A stretch of DNA of 64,000 nt from Synechococcus sp. (GTDB lineage: Bacteria > Cyanobacteriota > Cyanobacteriia > Thermostichales > PCC-7336): NCBI GenBank assembly GCA_051439605.1, contig JBFRWN010000017.1, positions 1 to 64,000 on the forward strand, given 5' to 3'. This document shows, piece after piece, positions 20,317 through 33,279 of this stretch. Each line of letters begins with the position of its first letter. Positions within the stretch are counted from its first letter, which is position 1. Below the pieces are notes generated by a model. The model was not told where the DNA came from. It worked only from the letters and a program-made list of their open reading frames with translations, and did not search any database. The translations under genes and the position numbers were made by a program.

Positions 20317-21438
20317 ATGACTGGGTGGCAGACATTTAAGCGCAATCGCTTAGCACAACTAGCAGCGGCAGTCTTGATTGTTCTGTATACCTGCTCAATT
20401 TTAGGGGAAGCGATCGCCCCTTACAGCCCTTTTGAAATTGTGGAGCGCGGCTCTTTATTGCCCCCTACCCGAGTCTATTGGAGATCGCTCCAAACCGGAG
20501 AGTTTTTGGGGCCGCACGTCTATCCCACTCTGCAGGGCACAGTAGACATAGAGACCGGAGAAAGACAACTAATCGTTGATTTCGATCGCCCCACTCGGAT
20601 CGGGCTATTTGTTAAGGGTCGTGGATACCGCTTGCTTGGGATTATTCCAGGCGATCGCCATCTTTTTGGCACGATCCCAGACAATCGCACAGTGGAAGAT
20701 GCCGATGTGTCATTCTCCGTCCGCTTCAATCTGTTGGGAAGCGACGATCAAGGACGGGATTACTTTAGCCGCTTAGTCTACGGTAGCCGCGTCAGTTTAT
20801 TTGTAGGAATTGTAGGAATTCTGATTTCTTTCCCCCTTGGCTTACTGGTGGGGGGTATCGCCGGATATTTTTCCGGCTGGGTGGATACTGTGCTAATGCG
20901 GGTAGTGGAGGTGCTGCTATCTATTCCCAGCCTTTATCTGCTAGTCTCATTGGCTGCTGTTCTGCAGGAAAATCCCTTTACCGGAGTGCCGTTTTCTAAT
21001 GCAGAGCGTTTTGTCACAATTGTGGCCATTACCAGTTTTGTGCGCTGGGCAGGACTGGCGCGGGTGATTCGCGGTCAGGTCCTGTCTATTCGCCAGCGAG
21101 AGTTTGTGCAGGCGTCGCAGGCAGCAGGTGCGGGCACTTGGCATCTGTTGTGGCACCATATCTTGCCGCAGACCGCCACCTATTCGATCATTGCAGCCAC
21201 CCTGACAGTGCCCAGTTTCATTGGGGCTGAGTCAGTGCTCAGCTTGATTGGTCTGGGCATTCAACAGCCAGATGCCTCTTGGGGCAATATGCTGTCGCTG
21301 GCCACCAACGCATCAGTGATGGTGTTGCACCCTTGGTTGATTGTGCCCCCCACAGTGCTGGTGGTGATTACCGTGCTGTCATTCAACGTGCTGGGGGATG
21401 GGTTGCGGGATGCTCTGGATCCACGCGATCGCCGTTAG
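20317..21438 (+). CDS. Oligopeptide/dipeptide ABC transporter permease (OppC/DppC type)
   Basis: LLGSDDQGRD, ARVIRGQ.LS...EFV.A..A.GA EAA loop, LGDGLRDALDP. Confidence 0.92.
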   Translation: MTGWQTFKRNRLAQLAAAVLIVLYTCSILGEAIAPYSPFEIVERGSLLPPTRVYWRSLQTGEFLGPHVYPTLQGTVDIETGERQLIVDFDRPTRIGLFVKGRGYRLLGIIPGDRHLFGTIPDNRTVEDADVSFSVRFNLLGSDDQGRDYFSRLVYGSRVSLFVGIVGILISFPLGLLVGGIAGYFSGWVDTVLMRVVEVLLSIPSLYLLVSLAAVLQENPFTGVPFSNAERFVTIVAITSFVRWAGLARVIRGQVLSIRQREFVQASQAAGAGTWHLLWHHILPQTATYSIIAATLTVPSFIGAESVLSLIGLGIQQPDASWGNMLSLATNASVMVLHPWLIVPPTVLVVITVLSFNVLGDGLRDALDPRDRR

Positions 21439-21711
21439 CTTCATTGCATCTGCTACGAGGCTTACCCCCAGCGATCCATGTATCAGGCCAAGTCTAGACT
21501 TCTACAAGTCACTACATCCTGTCACCTGCCTTCTCTATAGCAACAGATCGGACAGTTTTTTCGGGGAGTTGAAACCTTTAGCAAGCAGCTCCTGAAGCCA
21601 TGAAGGTAGGGGCACTCTAATGTTCCTCAGGAACGGAACGGGCTGCGAATCGCTGATTCAGGCTAAGAACCATATCGGATTAGGATAAGAGGGCTCACAA
21701 CGTCCTTAAGC

Positions 21712-23733
21712 ATGGTTAGCCCTCGCACTCGAGTTCCAAACTTTCCGATTACTGCTGTTGTTGGCCAAGCCAAAATCAAGACGGCCCTATTATTAGCAGC
21801 TGCCGACCCCAGCCTGGGCGGGGTGGCGATCGCCGGGCGTCGAGGCACAGCTAAATCCATTCTGGCGCGGGGTATTCACGATCTGCTGCCCCCGATCGAA
21901 ATTATTAAAGGGTCTCCCAGTAACGACGACCCTCGCCACCCCGAAACCTGGTCGGACTGGGCCAAAGAAGAATATCCTGACCCCAGCGTTTTTCCCGAGA
22001 CAGAGGTGATTCCTGCTCCATTCGTGCAAATTCCGCTAGGGATCACTGAAGATCGCCTGCTGGGTTCAGTGGATGTGAGCAAATCCGTTCAAACGGGTGA
22101 AACAGTATTCCAGCCCGGATTGCTGGCATCTGCGCACCGTGGCGTTCTGTACGTGGATGAGATGAATCTGCTGGATGACCAAATTGCGAATCTCCTGCTG
22201 TCAGTGACCAGCGAAGGTGTGAACGTAATCGAGCGAGAGGGCATCAGCCTGCAGCACCCCTGCAAGCCCATTCTGATTGCCACCTTCAACCCCGAAGAAG
22301 GAGCCCTGAGGGATCACTTGCTCGATCGCATGGCGATCGCCCTGTCTGCAGATGGCGCACTGGACTTAGACATGCGCCTACAGGTAGTAGAACGAGCTAC
22401 TGCATTTGCCAACAGCCCAGAGGAGTTTTGGGCGGATGAAAGCGATGCAATCGACCAGATGCGCACCCAGATCGTCTTAGCTCGCGAATGGCTACAGGAC
22501 GTTCGTGCGACTCCCGGGCAGGTGCTTTACCTAGTCACAGAATGCATTCGAGCCGGGATTCAAGGACATCGGCCCGAGCTCTTTTCGCTGCGAGTGGCAA
22601 AAGTTCTCGCCGCACTGGAAGGCCGAGACTACATCGAGGCAGACGACCTGCGCACCGCCGTCGAGCTGGTGATTGTGCCGCGGGCGATGGATACGGACGT
22701 ACCTCCCCCGCCACCCGAGGAACCACCATCCCCTCCACCTCCTTCGTCTGAAGACCAATCCGAAGAGGAGGATCGATCGGAGGAGGAAGATAACAATGAG
22801 GAAGATGAGGACGACGACACCGAATCCTCTCCCCCTAGCATTCCAGAAGAGTTTGTCTTCGACCCCGAAGGAGTGATGTTGGATCCCGAACTGCTGCAGT
22901 TCGCCCAATCCAGCAACAGTCAGGGCAAGAGCGGTTCCCGTAGCTTGGTATTCACCGACGATCGCGGTCGTTACATCAAGCCAATGTTGCCACAGGGGGG
23001 CACGATTCGGATTGCAGTAGACGCCACATTGAGGGCTGCTGCTCCTTATCAAAAAGCCAGACGATTGCGGAATCCGGAACGCAGCGTCATCGTCGAACAA
23101 ACGGACATTCGCAGCAAGAAACTGGCCCGCAAAGCCGGTGCTTTGGTCATCTTTATCGTGGATGCATCCGGTTCGATGGCCCTCAACCGCATGAACTCTG
23201 CCAAAGGAGCGGTGCTGCGGCTGCTGACAGAGGCCTATCAAAACCGAGACAAGGTGGCGTTAATTCCTTTTCAAGGGGAACGGGCGGAAGTGCTGCTGCC
23301 ACCCACGCGATCGATCGAAGCTGCTAGCCGTCGGATGGAAACCATGCCCTGCGGTGGAGGCTCCCCCCTCGCCCATGCCTTTACTCAAGCCATTCGTATG
23401 GGCGTCAACGAAATGTCTTCTGGAGATGTGGGAGAGGTGATGGTAGTTGCCCTCACAGATGGTCGTGGGAACATTCCCCTCAGCCGCTCGCTGGGCAGCC
23501 CTCCCGGCCCAGAAGCAGGTAAGCCTGACCTCAAGCAGGAACTGCGGGATATCACCGCTCGCATGCGCGCTTTAGGCTTTAAATTTCTGCTAATTGACAC
23601 CCAAAGTCGGTTTGTAAGCAGCGGCTTCACGAAGGAGCTAGCTAACCTAGCTGGAGGAAAATACTTCTACATTCCTCGGGCCAACGATGCGGCGATCGCA
23701 GCGACAGTGCGAGACACCTTCAGCAGTATGTAG
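21712..23733 (+). CDS. chlD: Magnesium chelatase subunit D
   Basis: AAA+ GRRGTAKS, poly-Pro/acidic linker, vWA MIDAS DASGS. Confidence 0.97.
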   Translation: MVSPRTRVPNFPITAVVGQAKIKTALLLAAADPSLGGVAIAGRRGTAKSILARGIHDLLPPIEIIKGSPSNDDPRHPETWSDWAKEEYPDPSVFPETEVIPAPFVQIPLGITEDRLLGSVDVSKSVQTGETVFQPGLLASAHRGVLYVDEMNLLDDQIANLLLSVTSEGVNVIEREGISLQHPCKPILIATFNPEEGALRDHLLDRMAIALSADGALDLDMRLQVVERATAFANSPEEFWADESDAIDQMRTQIVLAREWLQDVRATPGQVLYLVTECIRAGIQGHRPELFSLRVAKVLAALEGRDYIEADDLRTAVELVIVPRAMDTDVPPPPPEEPPSPPPPSSEDQSEEEDRSEEEDNNEEDEDDDTESSPPSIPEEFVFDPEGVMLDPELLQFAQSSNSQGKSGSRSLVFTDDRGRYIKPMLPQGGTIRIAVDATLRAAAPYQKARRLRNPERSVIVEQTDIRSKKLARKAGALVIFIVDASGSMALNRMNSAKGAVLRLLTEAYQNRDKVALIPFQGERAEVLLPPTRSIEAASRRMETMPCGGGSPLAHAFTQAIRMGVNEMSSGDVGEVMVVALTDGRGNIPLSRSLGSPPGPEAGKPDLKQELRDITARMRALGFKFLLIDTQSRFVSSGFTKELANLAGGKYFYIPRANDAAIAATVRDTFSSM

Positions 23734-24273
23734 ATTGTAGTGTCTTAGATTGAGTTCTTTGAACGCCTTGGGTGTGGTTGACAGTTGTCCACACCTGTTT
23801 ATTCGTTCGTAATCAACCATCAATTGAAGGACATCTAAAACAACTAACAGAACTTAAGCTTATGAGGGATTTGAGATTCATTACACAAACTACTCATCAG
23901 TCGGGACATGCAGTAATTGTTCCAGCAGTCATTTAAACTACATCCCAACAGAAATGAATCAGAATAATCCACGCATACCAAGTCAAAAACATGTGTTTTT
24001 GTGGCAACAGATACATTTTATATTCCTTGAATGCCGAGTTCTCATTGACTTAGCAGTCAGCAACAACGAGTGCTTATAGATAATTTACAAATGCGTGACT
24101 TCCTTAAGATTTTCATTTAGATTTTCCTTTCAAGAGCCTTATATGAATGTAGGAGAGCGAGAGATGAAGATCCATTTCTATCGATCGTAAATCCTGAATA
24201 GGGAAGCTGAAGTATTTCAAACTCCATCCATTCATTATTAAAAGAGTTGTCCTTCGTTGAGGGAAGATCTGAC

Positions 24274-24618
24274 ATGAACTACTCGTTTGAGCTAATCGGC
24301 ATCACACCTATTCTTGATTTCTTCAAACATCAACACAGTCATCGAGTCCAAGCCAATAAATTTCGAGCAGAATACATAGGTGCTTACCATTGCTCACTCG
24401 ATCGCTTTCTACATCACCTACAAGATGTGCCCATAGAACGGAAATGGGATTTCGATCTTCTCTCTCAAGCGGTAGTGGACTATTGGATTGCTAGCGCGAA
24501 CAGCATTCAATATTGGCAGAGTCGACTGAAGGATGCGGGGTCTAGCTGTCTTGTGGTGGCACGAGTCGCCGATACTCAGGCATTACGCAATGAGTTTGAG
24601 ACGATGTTGACGAAGTAA
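24274..24618 (+). CDS. Conserved cyanobacterial hypothetical protein
   Basis: ATG at 24274 after GAGGGA; FELIG..PIL.FF..Q...Y.G...C.LD...W..RL.DAG...L.VAR pattern. Confidence 0.7.
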   Translation: MNYSFELIGITPILDFFKHQHSHRVQANKFRAEYIGAYHCSLDRFLHHLQDVPIERKWDFDLLSQAVVDYWIASANSIQYWQSRLKDAGSSCLVVARVADTQALRNEFETMLTK

Positions 24619-24729
24619 ACAGGTAGTAAAGTCATCGGTCTTTCTTCACGGGTGTCTGGCTAGATACAGGTAAAAGCGATCGCAAGGATCGATGACCAAG
24701 AAACAACAAACAATGAGCAATCGCTACCC

Positions 24730-25221
24730 CTAAGTCTTAATCTCAAATTCCACCCCAAATTTCTCTCGCAAATTCACGGTCTCGTGGTCTGTAACGTTGG
24801 TGTCGCTGAGTTCTAGGTTGTAGAAGTCCACCCATTCACCTTTAAAATACGGACCCGCGTGCCAGGTCCCAACCTCTAGCTTGACAAAGCAATTGCCCGG
24901 AATCCGAAAAGCGCTAATTTCTGCCAGGGCGGGCTTAGGAGTGGGGGATGGGGGAGAGACAGCTAATACCCACTCTTTACCCTCTAAAGCCCCCAAGCAC
25001 TGCGTGCATTGCTGGTGGCGTGTCATGGTTTTAAACGAGAGCCCTCGATACTTGAGCCGCATAATGTAAAAGCGGGGAGTCCCTCGATCGAGAACTAGTT
25101 GAGCATCTGCCGGGCTAAAAGGGGTGCCATCTTTAGAGGCAGCGATGACTTGTCCAAACGGTTCAAAGTTATCGGAGGTGATAGGGATTACTTGAAGCGA
25201 TCGCAGCTGAACGGCAGTCAT
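24730..25221 (-). CDS. Ureidoglycolate lyase-like cupin
   Basis: FEPFGQVI, TRHQQCTQCL, GTWHAGP, FYNLELSDTN. ATG at 25221 is preferred because the longer ORF overlaps the ncRNA. Confidence 0.8.
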   Translation of the reverse strand: MTAVQLRSLQVIPITSDNFEPFGQVIAASKDGTPFSPADAQLVLDRGTPRFYIMRLKYRGLSFKTMTRHQQCTQCLGALEGKEWVLAVSPPSPTPKPALAEISAFRIPGNCFVKLEVGTWHAGPYFKGEWVDFYNLELSDTNVTDHETVNLREKFGVEFEIKT

Positions 25222-25319
25222 AGGAAAAATAAATCTGTTTCCATCATTGTGGCCAGAATTATCAGGCAATGTAGTGGACACAGTTAAAGCGGGTACGCGA
25301 TCGCGTACCTGGCAAACAT

Positions 25320-25487
25320 ATCGCGGGGGGGTGTGCCTCCGTTTTGTCTGGGCGTGATTGACAGATACACTTTCAGACTCCTTGCTATTGCGCTCCTGCA
25401 TAAGGCGGGCTGGCGTCCCCGCGCATCTCCTGAATAAAGCCTCCCTGGCTAGACTTAACGCAAGTCCACATAAAGGACGGGGCGATC
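25320..25487 (-). ncRNA. ssaA: Probable 6S RNA
   Basis: Long rod with a central bubble: TGTG/CACA, CGTT/AACG, GTCT/AGAC, TTCAG/CTGAA, TGCGC/GCGCA. On the minus strand the 3' arm carries ACGGAGGCAC (6S-like), a TATTGT -10 lies just upstream, and a hairpin lies just downstream. Strand and ends are approximate. Confidence 0.65.
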
Positions 25488-25557
25488 GCACTACAATAAA
25501 AGCCGATTTGTTTTGAATTCACACTTTCGATAAATATTGACTGCATAGGAGACTGTA

Positions 25558-26853
25558 GTGGTTACCGCATTTAAGACAACCCAATCCCAACAGATTTTTG
25601 CAGCAGCCCAAAAACTGATGCCGGGTGGAGTGAGCTCCCCCGTTCGCGCATTCAAATCGGTTGGTGGCGATCCTATCGTGTTCGATCGCGTGAAAGACTC
25701 TTATATCTGGGACGTCGACGGTAATCAGTACATCGACTACGTTGGCACCTGGGGCCCGGCGATCGTTGGTCACGCCCACCCTGAAGTCCTCGAAGCCCTG
25801 CACGCTGCCCTCGATAAAGGGACCAGCTTCGGTGCCCCCTGCATTCTGGAAAACGAATTAGCAGAAATGGTCATTGAGGCGGTTCCCAGTGTTGAGATGG
25901 TGCGCTTTGTCAATTCCGGCACCGAAGCCTGCATGTCTGTCCTGCGCCTCATGCGCGCCTTCACCGGGCGCGAAAAAATCATCAAGTTCAAAGGCAACTA
26001 TCACGGTCACGCCGATATGTTCTTGGTCGAGGCGGGTTCCGGGGTTGCCACACTGGGTTTGCCCAACTCCCCCGGCGTCACTGCTGCTACAGCTGCTAAC
26101 ACCCTAACTGCCCCCTACAACGATTTGGCCTCAGTCGAGGCACTCTTTGAGGCCTACCCCGGTCAAATTGCCGGCGTCATCCTAGAGCCTATGGTGGGTA
26201 ACGCTGGCTGTATTGCCCCTCAGCCTGGCTTCCTGCAAGGGCTTCGCGACATGACCCGCAAGTACGATGCAGTTTTGGTTTTTGACGAAGTGATGACTGG
26301 CTTCCGCCTGTCCTACGGCGGAGCCCAAGAGCGTTTCGGTGTTACTCCCGACCTGACAACCATGGGTAAGGTAATTGGTGGCGGTCTGCCCGTTGGAGCC
26401 TACGGCGGTCGTGCTGACATCATGAGCATGGTGGCCCCCGCTGGCCCCATGTACCAAGCGGGAACTCTCTCCGGCAACCCCTTGGCCATGACCGCTGGCA
26501 TCAAAACCCTTGAAATCCTCAAACGCCCTGGCTCCTACGAGTACCTGCATAAGATGAGCCAAATGGTCTCTGAAGGCCTAGTTTCAGCAGCCAAAGCAGC
26601 AGGTCACGAAGCCTGCGGGGTATGTGCAGGCGGTATGTTCGGTTTCTTTTTTAACCCCGGACCTGTTAACAACTTTGAAGATGCCAAGAAGTCTGACACC
26701 AACAAGTTCAGCCGCTTCCACCGCGCCATGCTGGAAGAAGGAGTTTACCTAGCCCCTTCTCAGTTTGAAGCTGGTTTCACTTCATTGACCCACACTGAAG
26801 AGCTAGTCGAGCAAACCATCGCTGCTGCGAAGACCGTGTTTGCCAACATCTAG
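25558..26853 (+). CDS. hemL: Glutamate-1-semialdehyde 2,1-aminomutase
   Basis: [36 protein letters not shown]. Confidence 0.97.
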   Translation: MVTAFKTTQSQQIFAAAQKLMPGGVSSPVRAFKSVGGDPIVFDRVKDSYIWDVDGNQYIDYVGTWGPAIVGHAHPEVLEALHAALDKGTSFGAPCILENELAEMVIEAVPSVEMVRFVNSGTEACMSVLRLMRAFTGREKIIKFKGNYHGHADMFLVEAGSGVATLGLPNSPGVTAATAANTLTAPYNDLASVEALFEAYPGQIAGVILEPMVGNAGCIAPQPGFLQGLRDMTRKYDAVLVFDEVMTGFRLSYGGAQERFGVTPDLTTMGKVIGGGLPVGAYGGRADIMSMVAPAGPMYQAGTLSGNPLAMTAGIKTLEILKRPGSYEYLHKMSQMVSEGLVSAAKAAGHEACGVCAGGMFGFFFNPGPVNNFEDAKKSDTNKFSRFHRAMLEEGVYLAPSQFEAGFTSLTHTEELVEQTIAAAKTVFANI

Positions 26854-26921
26854 ATTCCACGTCTAAACCTCAGATTTAAGGGACGCACAACCAGACTGTC
26901 ACCCGATGAGCAAGTTGAGAG

Positions 26922-26959
26922 AAAAAAGGGTGCCGATCGATGGATCGGCACCCTTTTTT
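26922..26959. terminator. Intrinsic terminator after hemL (bidirectional)
   Basis: AAAAAAGGGTGCCGATC-gatg-GATCGGCACCCTTTTTT. Confidence 0.92.
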
Positions 26960-27193
26960 GGGGCTACAGTCACCCGAGCGAAACGTCATGCATCTGCGAT
27001 CGCTGTAAGATCGAAGCCTACCGTCCTACCAGGTGCAGTTCGATAGCTTAGGAGAGAGGCAGTTTGTGCGCGATCGCTGACGGGCCTATCGTTCCACAAA
27101 ACAACCCACACTAGACCTACGACGGCACCTGGCATGCATGCAAATGTATGAATACAACATTGGGTCTAGTCGAGCTGCCAAATTCAGTCAAAA

Positions 27194-27622
27194 TCACCTA
27201 GATTTACGAACTGCTGTGGAAACCTGGTTCAATCTCATCCTTGTCAAGAGGAAAAAATCTACAGTCGAGCCGATAACCACCCCAACCGCGTAACAAATGA
27301 GGTCACTTGATTTGAAACCAAAACCTAGAATTAGCCCACCAATTACAGTTCTTCTGATCTCATCAATCCACGGTCTGTGATAGAACTGCGAAAACTCTAT
27401 TGCAACTGAAAAAAGTAAAGCAACGATCGCTATTCGTCGAGTTCTCCAGCCCGGGGAAATAGCACATACCAGAAAAAACACCATTAATGCCCAGAGGGCA
27501 TCTCCTGAATATCTCGATATAAAATCAGGCAGCGAAACGAAGTCCGAGCGAGATAATAGCCCCAATGGAATAGTTGTAATGACTAACCCGAAATAAACGG
27601 TGCGTTTTCTTTTGACACTCAC
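27194..27622 (-). CDS. DUF2809 family membrane protein
   Basis: Y.GDALWA, IEFSQ.YH.PWID.IR, LILG.GF...DL.CY. Confidence 0.85.
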   Translation of the reverse strand: MSVKRKRTVYFGLVITTIPLGLLSRSDFVSLPDFISRYSGDALWALMVFFLVCAISPGWRTRRIAIVALLFSVAIEFSQFYHRPWIDEIRRTVIGGLILGFGFKSSDLICYAVGVVIGSTVDFFLLTRMRLNQVSTAVRKSR

Positions 27623-27880
27623 AAGTATCTGTCTGTTGATGCATGCTGGCTCATAAGAGTAATGCTTGTCTAGCCATACTCGCTATCTCGAGCGGACCTG
27701 CTCCCGATCGCTGCCATTGTATCTATAGCCCTTAGCCCTTGCACCGAGCCTCAGTATTATGCAAGCACACCTGCAGCCAGAGCTATCTAAAAGGAGATCT
27801 CTGGATGGAGAAAAATCTTTGTCCCTCTCAACGACCGACAACTCAAAATAGCCATCACATCCCAGTGTGTAGCCAAAATA

Positions 27881-29287
27881 CTACTTAATCAGCGACATCC
27901 ACTCCTGCGGAATTGCCGACACTGCTCGCAACACAGAAGCACTGTCAAAATCCCCTGGCCCTACGCTGGTATCCGACACGTTACTAGAAGGCACCGCAAT
28001 CAGTTCCCCCTGGCTATTCAATGCCGCCCCCCCAGAGTTCCCTGCATTCACAAGAGCGTCAGATATAAAATCATGCCTGACCCCATTGCGGGGCAAAATC
28101 GCACTGACCACCCCATCCGTCAGGGTTAGGTAAGAGGCACCACCCGCCTGAATTGATGTCGTCCCCGGAAAGCCTAACACAATCACGCGATCGCCTAACT
28201 TCACGCTGTCAGCATCACCCAAAGGCACTGTGTCGAACTGCAAATTTTTCGGTAGCGGATTGCCTAGCAGGTCACTAGAAATTTTCACTAGGGCCAAGTC
28301 TTCTTCTTCCGCCGTCCGCTGGATGGTACCGCGAAACAACGGCGTGACGGCGCGATCTGGCTCGATTGCCAAGCCAATGTATATGGAATTATTGGTGAGC
28401 TCGGTGCTATCTTCATCTTCCGTCAGAACGTGAAAATTGGTCAGGAATAACCCATCCGAGGTGAGCAGCGTCCCTGACCCCGCACCCTGACCCACGTATA
28501 GTTGAACGACGCTGCGGTAGCTGGTCCCGACTGAACTGCTTGACGCGTCACTATTTGATAAAGACGCAATAGTTTGAGGGATATCGAGGGGGACTAAACT
28601 ACTGTCGGTGGGATTGGGAAAGCTCGCCTCTATCAATTCTCCTTTTCCCATCAGTTCTAGTTCGTAGCGCCCTTCCTGGAGTACTCCATAGGTGGAAACC
28701 ATCACCGTATAGCGGCCCGCATCCAAAGACTCGTCTAAGCGGGAATTGAAATTGAAATCCGAGCGATCGTCATTCTCTGCAATCAGATTGCCTTGATCAT
28801 CCAACAGGCGCAAATAAGCATCAAAATCATCTGAGTCCAACTCCAGCGTTACTCGACCCCCACGAGACAGCGACAGTTGATAACTGCGAGCCAAGCTGCC
28901 GTTGGAGATTAACGTGCTGTTGTTCAGTCCCAATTTGCCCAAGCGGGTGACGTCAGGTTGAGTGTTGTCATCTCCCCCTGTTTTTTGGGCCAGTAACGCA
29001 CCATTTTCCAGCAAGCTAACGATCGCTGCTTTGACGATGGTTCCCTTCCCCTGAAGCTTGGTCGCAGGATCTAGTTTGCCAGTCTTGCTGGTCTCCAGGA
29101 GGGGGGGAGCTACCCAAGCTTCAGTGGCGACGATCGACCCAACTGCGAACGCCACCATTACCGCTCCGACTTTCCACTGCAAGCTCACGTTTGTTCCGCC
29201 TATCTCGATATCGACTACCTTAGCTCTAGAAGCGTCCCACTGCCTGCGAGCCAGCTCCGCGAACTGGCCGGTTATAGAAGCTGACAA
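27881..29287 (-). CDS. Membrane-anchored trypsin-like serine protease with a PPC domain
   Basis: Triad motifs LTNFHV, DLALV and NAGNSGG; PPC motif DFDAYLRLLD..G..IAENDD; N-terminal hydrophobic segment. Confidence 0.85.
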   Translation of the reverse strand: MSASITGQFAELARRQWDASRAKVVDIEIGGTNVSLQWKVGAVMVAFAVGSIVATEAWVAPPLLETSKTGKLDPATKLQGKGTIVKAAIVSLLENGALLAQKTGGDDNTQPDVTRLGKLGLNNSTLISNGSLARSYQLSLSRGGRVTLELDSDDFDAYLRLLDDQGNLIAENDDRSDFNFNSRLDESLDAGRYTVMVSTYGVLQEGRYELELMGKGELIEASFPNPTDSSLVPLDIPQTIASLSNSDASSSSVGTSYRSVVQLYVGQGAGSGTLLTSDGLFLTNFHVLTEDEDSTELTNNSIYIGLAIEPDRAVTPLFRGTIQRTAEEEDLALVKISSDLLGNPLPKNLQFDTVPLGDADSVKLGDRVIVLGFPGTTSIQAGGASYLTLTDGVVSAILPRNGVRHDFISDALVNAGNSGGAALNSQGELIAVPSSNVSDTSVGPGDFDSASVLRAVSAIPQEWMSLIK

Positions 29288-29420
29288 GCCAGAAAAGACA
29301 TCTCAGGATCCAAAATCTTCTCCGGATAAAGATGCTTGCTGTCTTAACAGAGGTAGCAAAATCTATCGTTCCCAGGCATCCGACTCAAATTGTTTCTGAG
29401 ATCTCGGATGGCGAGCTTTC

Positions 29421-31526
<2,106 letters not shown>

Positions 31527-31563
31527 CTAAACGCAAAAAAAGCGTAATTTAATGAGGGGTCAT

Positions 31564-32307
31564 CTACTCGAGTGGTTCTAGGCGATAGCGGCTGAGCCAG
31601 TTATCCAGCTCCACCTCTTCTTCATCTAATAAAGCCAAATTAATTAAGCCACGGCGGAAGGCCAAGCGAATTGCCCGCGATCTCAAGCTGAAGGTTGTTC
31701 CCCATTCGTCGCTTTCGATTTGGTCATTGTTCACTTCTAGCTTGTCGTACAAATTCCGTAAGCGGTTGGTAACACCGCGCCGGGAGAGGAAGCGACGGGA
31801 GGCGATCGCTTGGTCGGTCAAACCTAAAGCAATGTCAATTAAAACTTCGTATTCGGCATCGCTGAGACCCGTGATTTTATTCTGGGAGCGGGAATCGACC
31901 CCCCGCACCTCGCGATCGATCACGCATTGCTCGTCCTGAACTACCGCCTGAATAGCGCTAATTAGTTTTTCATCCGTACTATTTTTGAGCAGATAGCCAT
32001 ATACGGTCTGGGGGGGAACAATCTTATGTAATTCCCGCACGTAGACTTCATCCGCAAAATTAGACCAAAAGATAATCCTCGTATCCGGATGGTCTTCCCA
32101 CACTTTGCGAGCTACCTCAATGCCGGTCATTTCTGGCATCTGAATATCCAGCAGCAGGAAGGAGGGATTGTGTAAACTTGCTACCTCTAGGGCTTCGTTG
32201 CCATTAGACGCCATGTAAAAGGGGCCGTAGCTCGATAGCCTTGCTTCTAATAGTTCGAGGACATGTTGGCGATATAAGCTATCATCTTCTGCTATCAGAG
32301 TTCCCAC
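31564..32307 (-). CDS. NarL/LuxR-type response regulator (no adjacent kinase)
   Basis: IAEDD and LLDIQMP receiver motifs; LuxR-like HTH LSDAEYEVLIDIALGLTD.AIA. Confidence 0.85.
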   Translation of the reverse strand: MGTLIAEDDSLYRQHVLELLEARLSSYGPFYMASNGNEALEVASLHNPSFLLLDIQMPEMTGIEVARKVWEDHPDTRIIFWSNFADEVYVRELHKIVPPQTVYGYLLKNSTDEKLISAIQAVVQDEQCVIDREVRGVDSRSQNKITGLSDAEYEVLIDIALGLTDQAIASRRFLSRRGVTNRLRNLYDKLEVNNDQIESDEWGTTFSLRSRAIRLAFRRGLINLALLDEEEVELDNWLSRYRLEPLE

Positions 32308-32458
32308 GGGCCGCCACCATCAAATGGAATCGATCGTTCATCAATCTATCTAAGGTATCGACCCTCCGCAAGAAACGGTCGGTACTAAATAGTGAACATT
32401 GTTAAGGCAATGGTTGCGTTAGGAGGAACGATCGCTAGCTGAAGAGTCCTCAAGGAAA

Positions 32459-32887
32459 TTAGGAGCGCTTGAGTTGTGACTGTATCCAGCTCCCGACCTG
32501 CTTCACAAGATTCTGAGCTCTTTTCGGCACCGGGGCCTTGGCAACGGTGATGGGTTCGTCTGCGTACAGCGCATCCTTTAAGCGGTAACCGTATTCCAAA
32601 GAATTGCGGCACTTATTTAAACGGGGAAACAGTCGCAGAGCTCCTTGCAGCAGGTCGGTTTCATTTTGGAAAATCGCTGCGTCGATGGCTGAGGAGCGCT
32701 GCACCGCCATCGAGCCAACGGGGAACCACTTGTTAGGCTTACTGGCGTCTCGGATAAAAATATTGAACTCAGGATAGCCCTCTGATTGCATGGAGTCGTA
32801 TTTTGATGAAGCCTGCTTGCGCTTTTTGGCGCTTTTAGTGCGCTTCTTCTTGGCTTTAGAGGGGCCAAATCCTTGGGAGGGAGCCAT
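32459..32887 (-). CDS. HHL1-like conserved protein
   Basis: GFG plus basic N-terminus; WFPVGSMAV, L..GA.RLFP.L, LEYGYRLK. Confidence 0.75.
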   Translation of the reverse strand: MAPSQGFGPSKAKKKRTKSAKKRKQASSKYDSMQSEGYPEFNIFIRDASKPNKWFPVGSMAVQRSSAIDAAIFQNETDLLQGALRLFPRLNKCRNSLEYGYRLKDALYADEPITVAKAPVPKRAQNLVKQVGSWIQSQLKRS

Positions 32888-33279
32888 ACAGTACCTGAGA
32901 AAGCTTGATATATCTTTACAATATGCCGTGAGTTTATTCTAAGGCAAGGGCGTCAGAGACTGGGCCTTACAGAAGGACTGAACGCTCGCCCTCTATCGTT
33001 CCATATCTGGAAAGCATTATCTCTGGATAAGTGAATCGCAGGCAGTTCTGCTGTAGGTACCTACATCAACCCACTCTATGAGGGATCGAACACTTCTCTG
33101 GCTCAAAACCCTCGTTTGTTCAGGCTGCTGTCTACCTTGAGAAGCTGAGCAGAGTTTGGCCGAACTCGCTAATATTCAATTGCGGGAGCGGTCCAAAATC
33201 TAGCGAGAACCTGAGGTTCGCTAACGGTTTGCGAGAGGTCTCAATAAAATAGCCGTAACGAGCTGGCTAGAATGCCTGT

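Noticed and set aside
22531..23241. Long alternative ORFs such as 214-834, 22531-23241 and 49681-50355
   Set aside because: They are antisense or alternative-frame shadows of well-supported genes, with no recognisable motifs.
25222..25491. 90-aa N-terminal extension of the ureidoglycolate lyase ORF
   Set aside because: It overlaps the 6S-like RNA; family similarity begins at the ATG at 25221.
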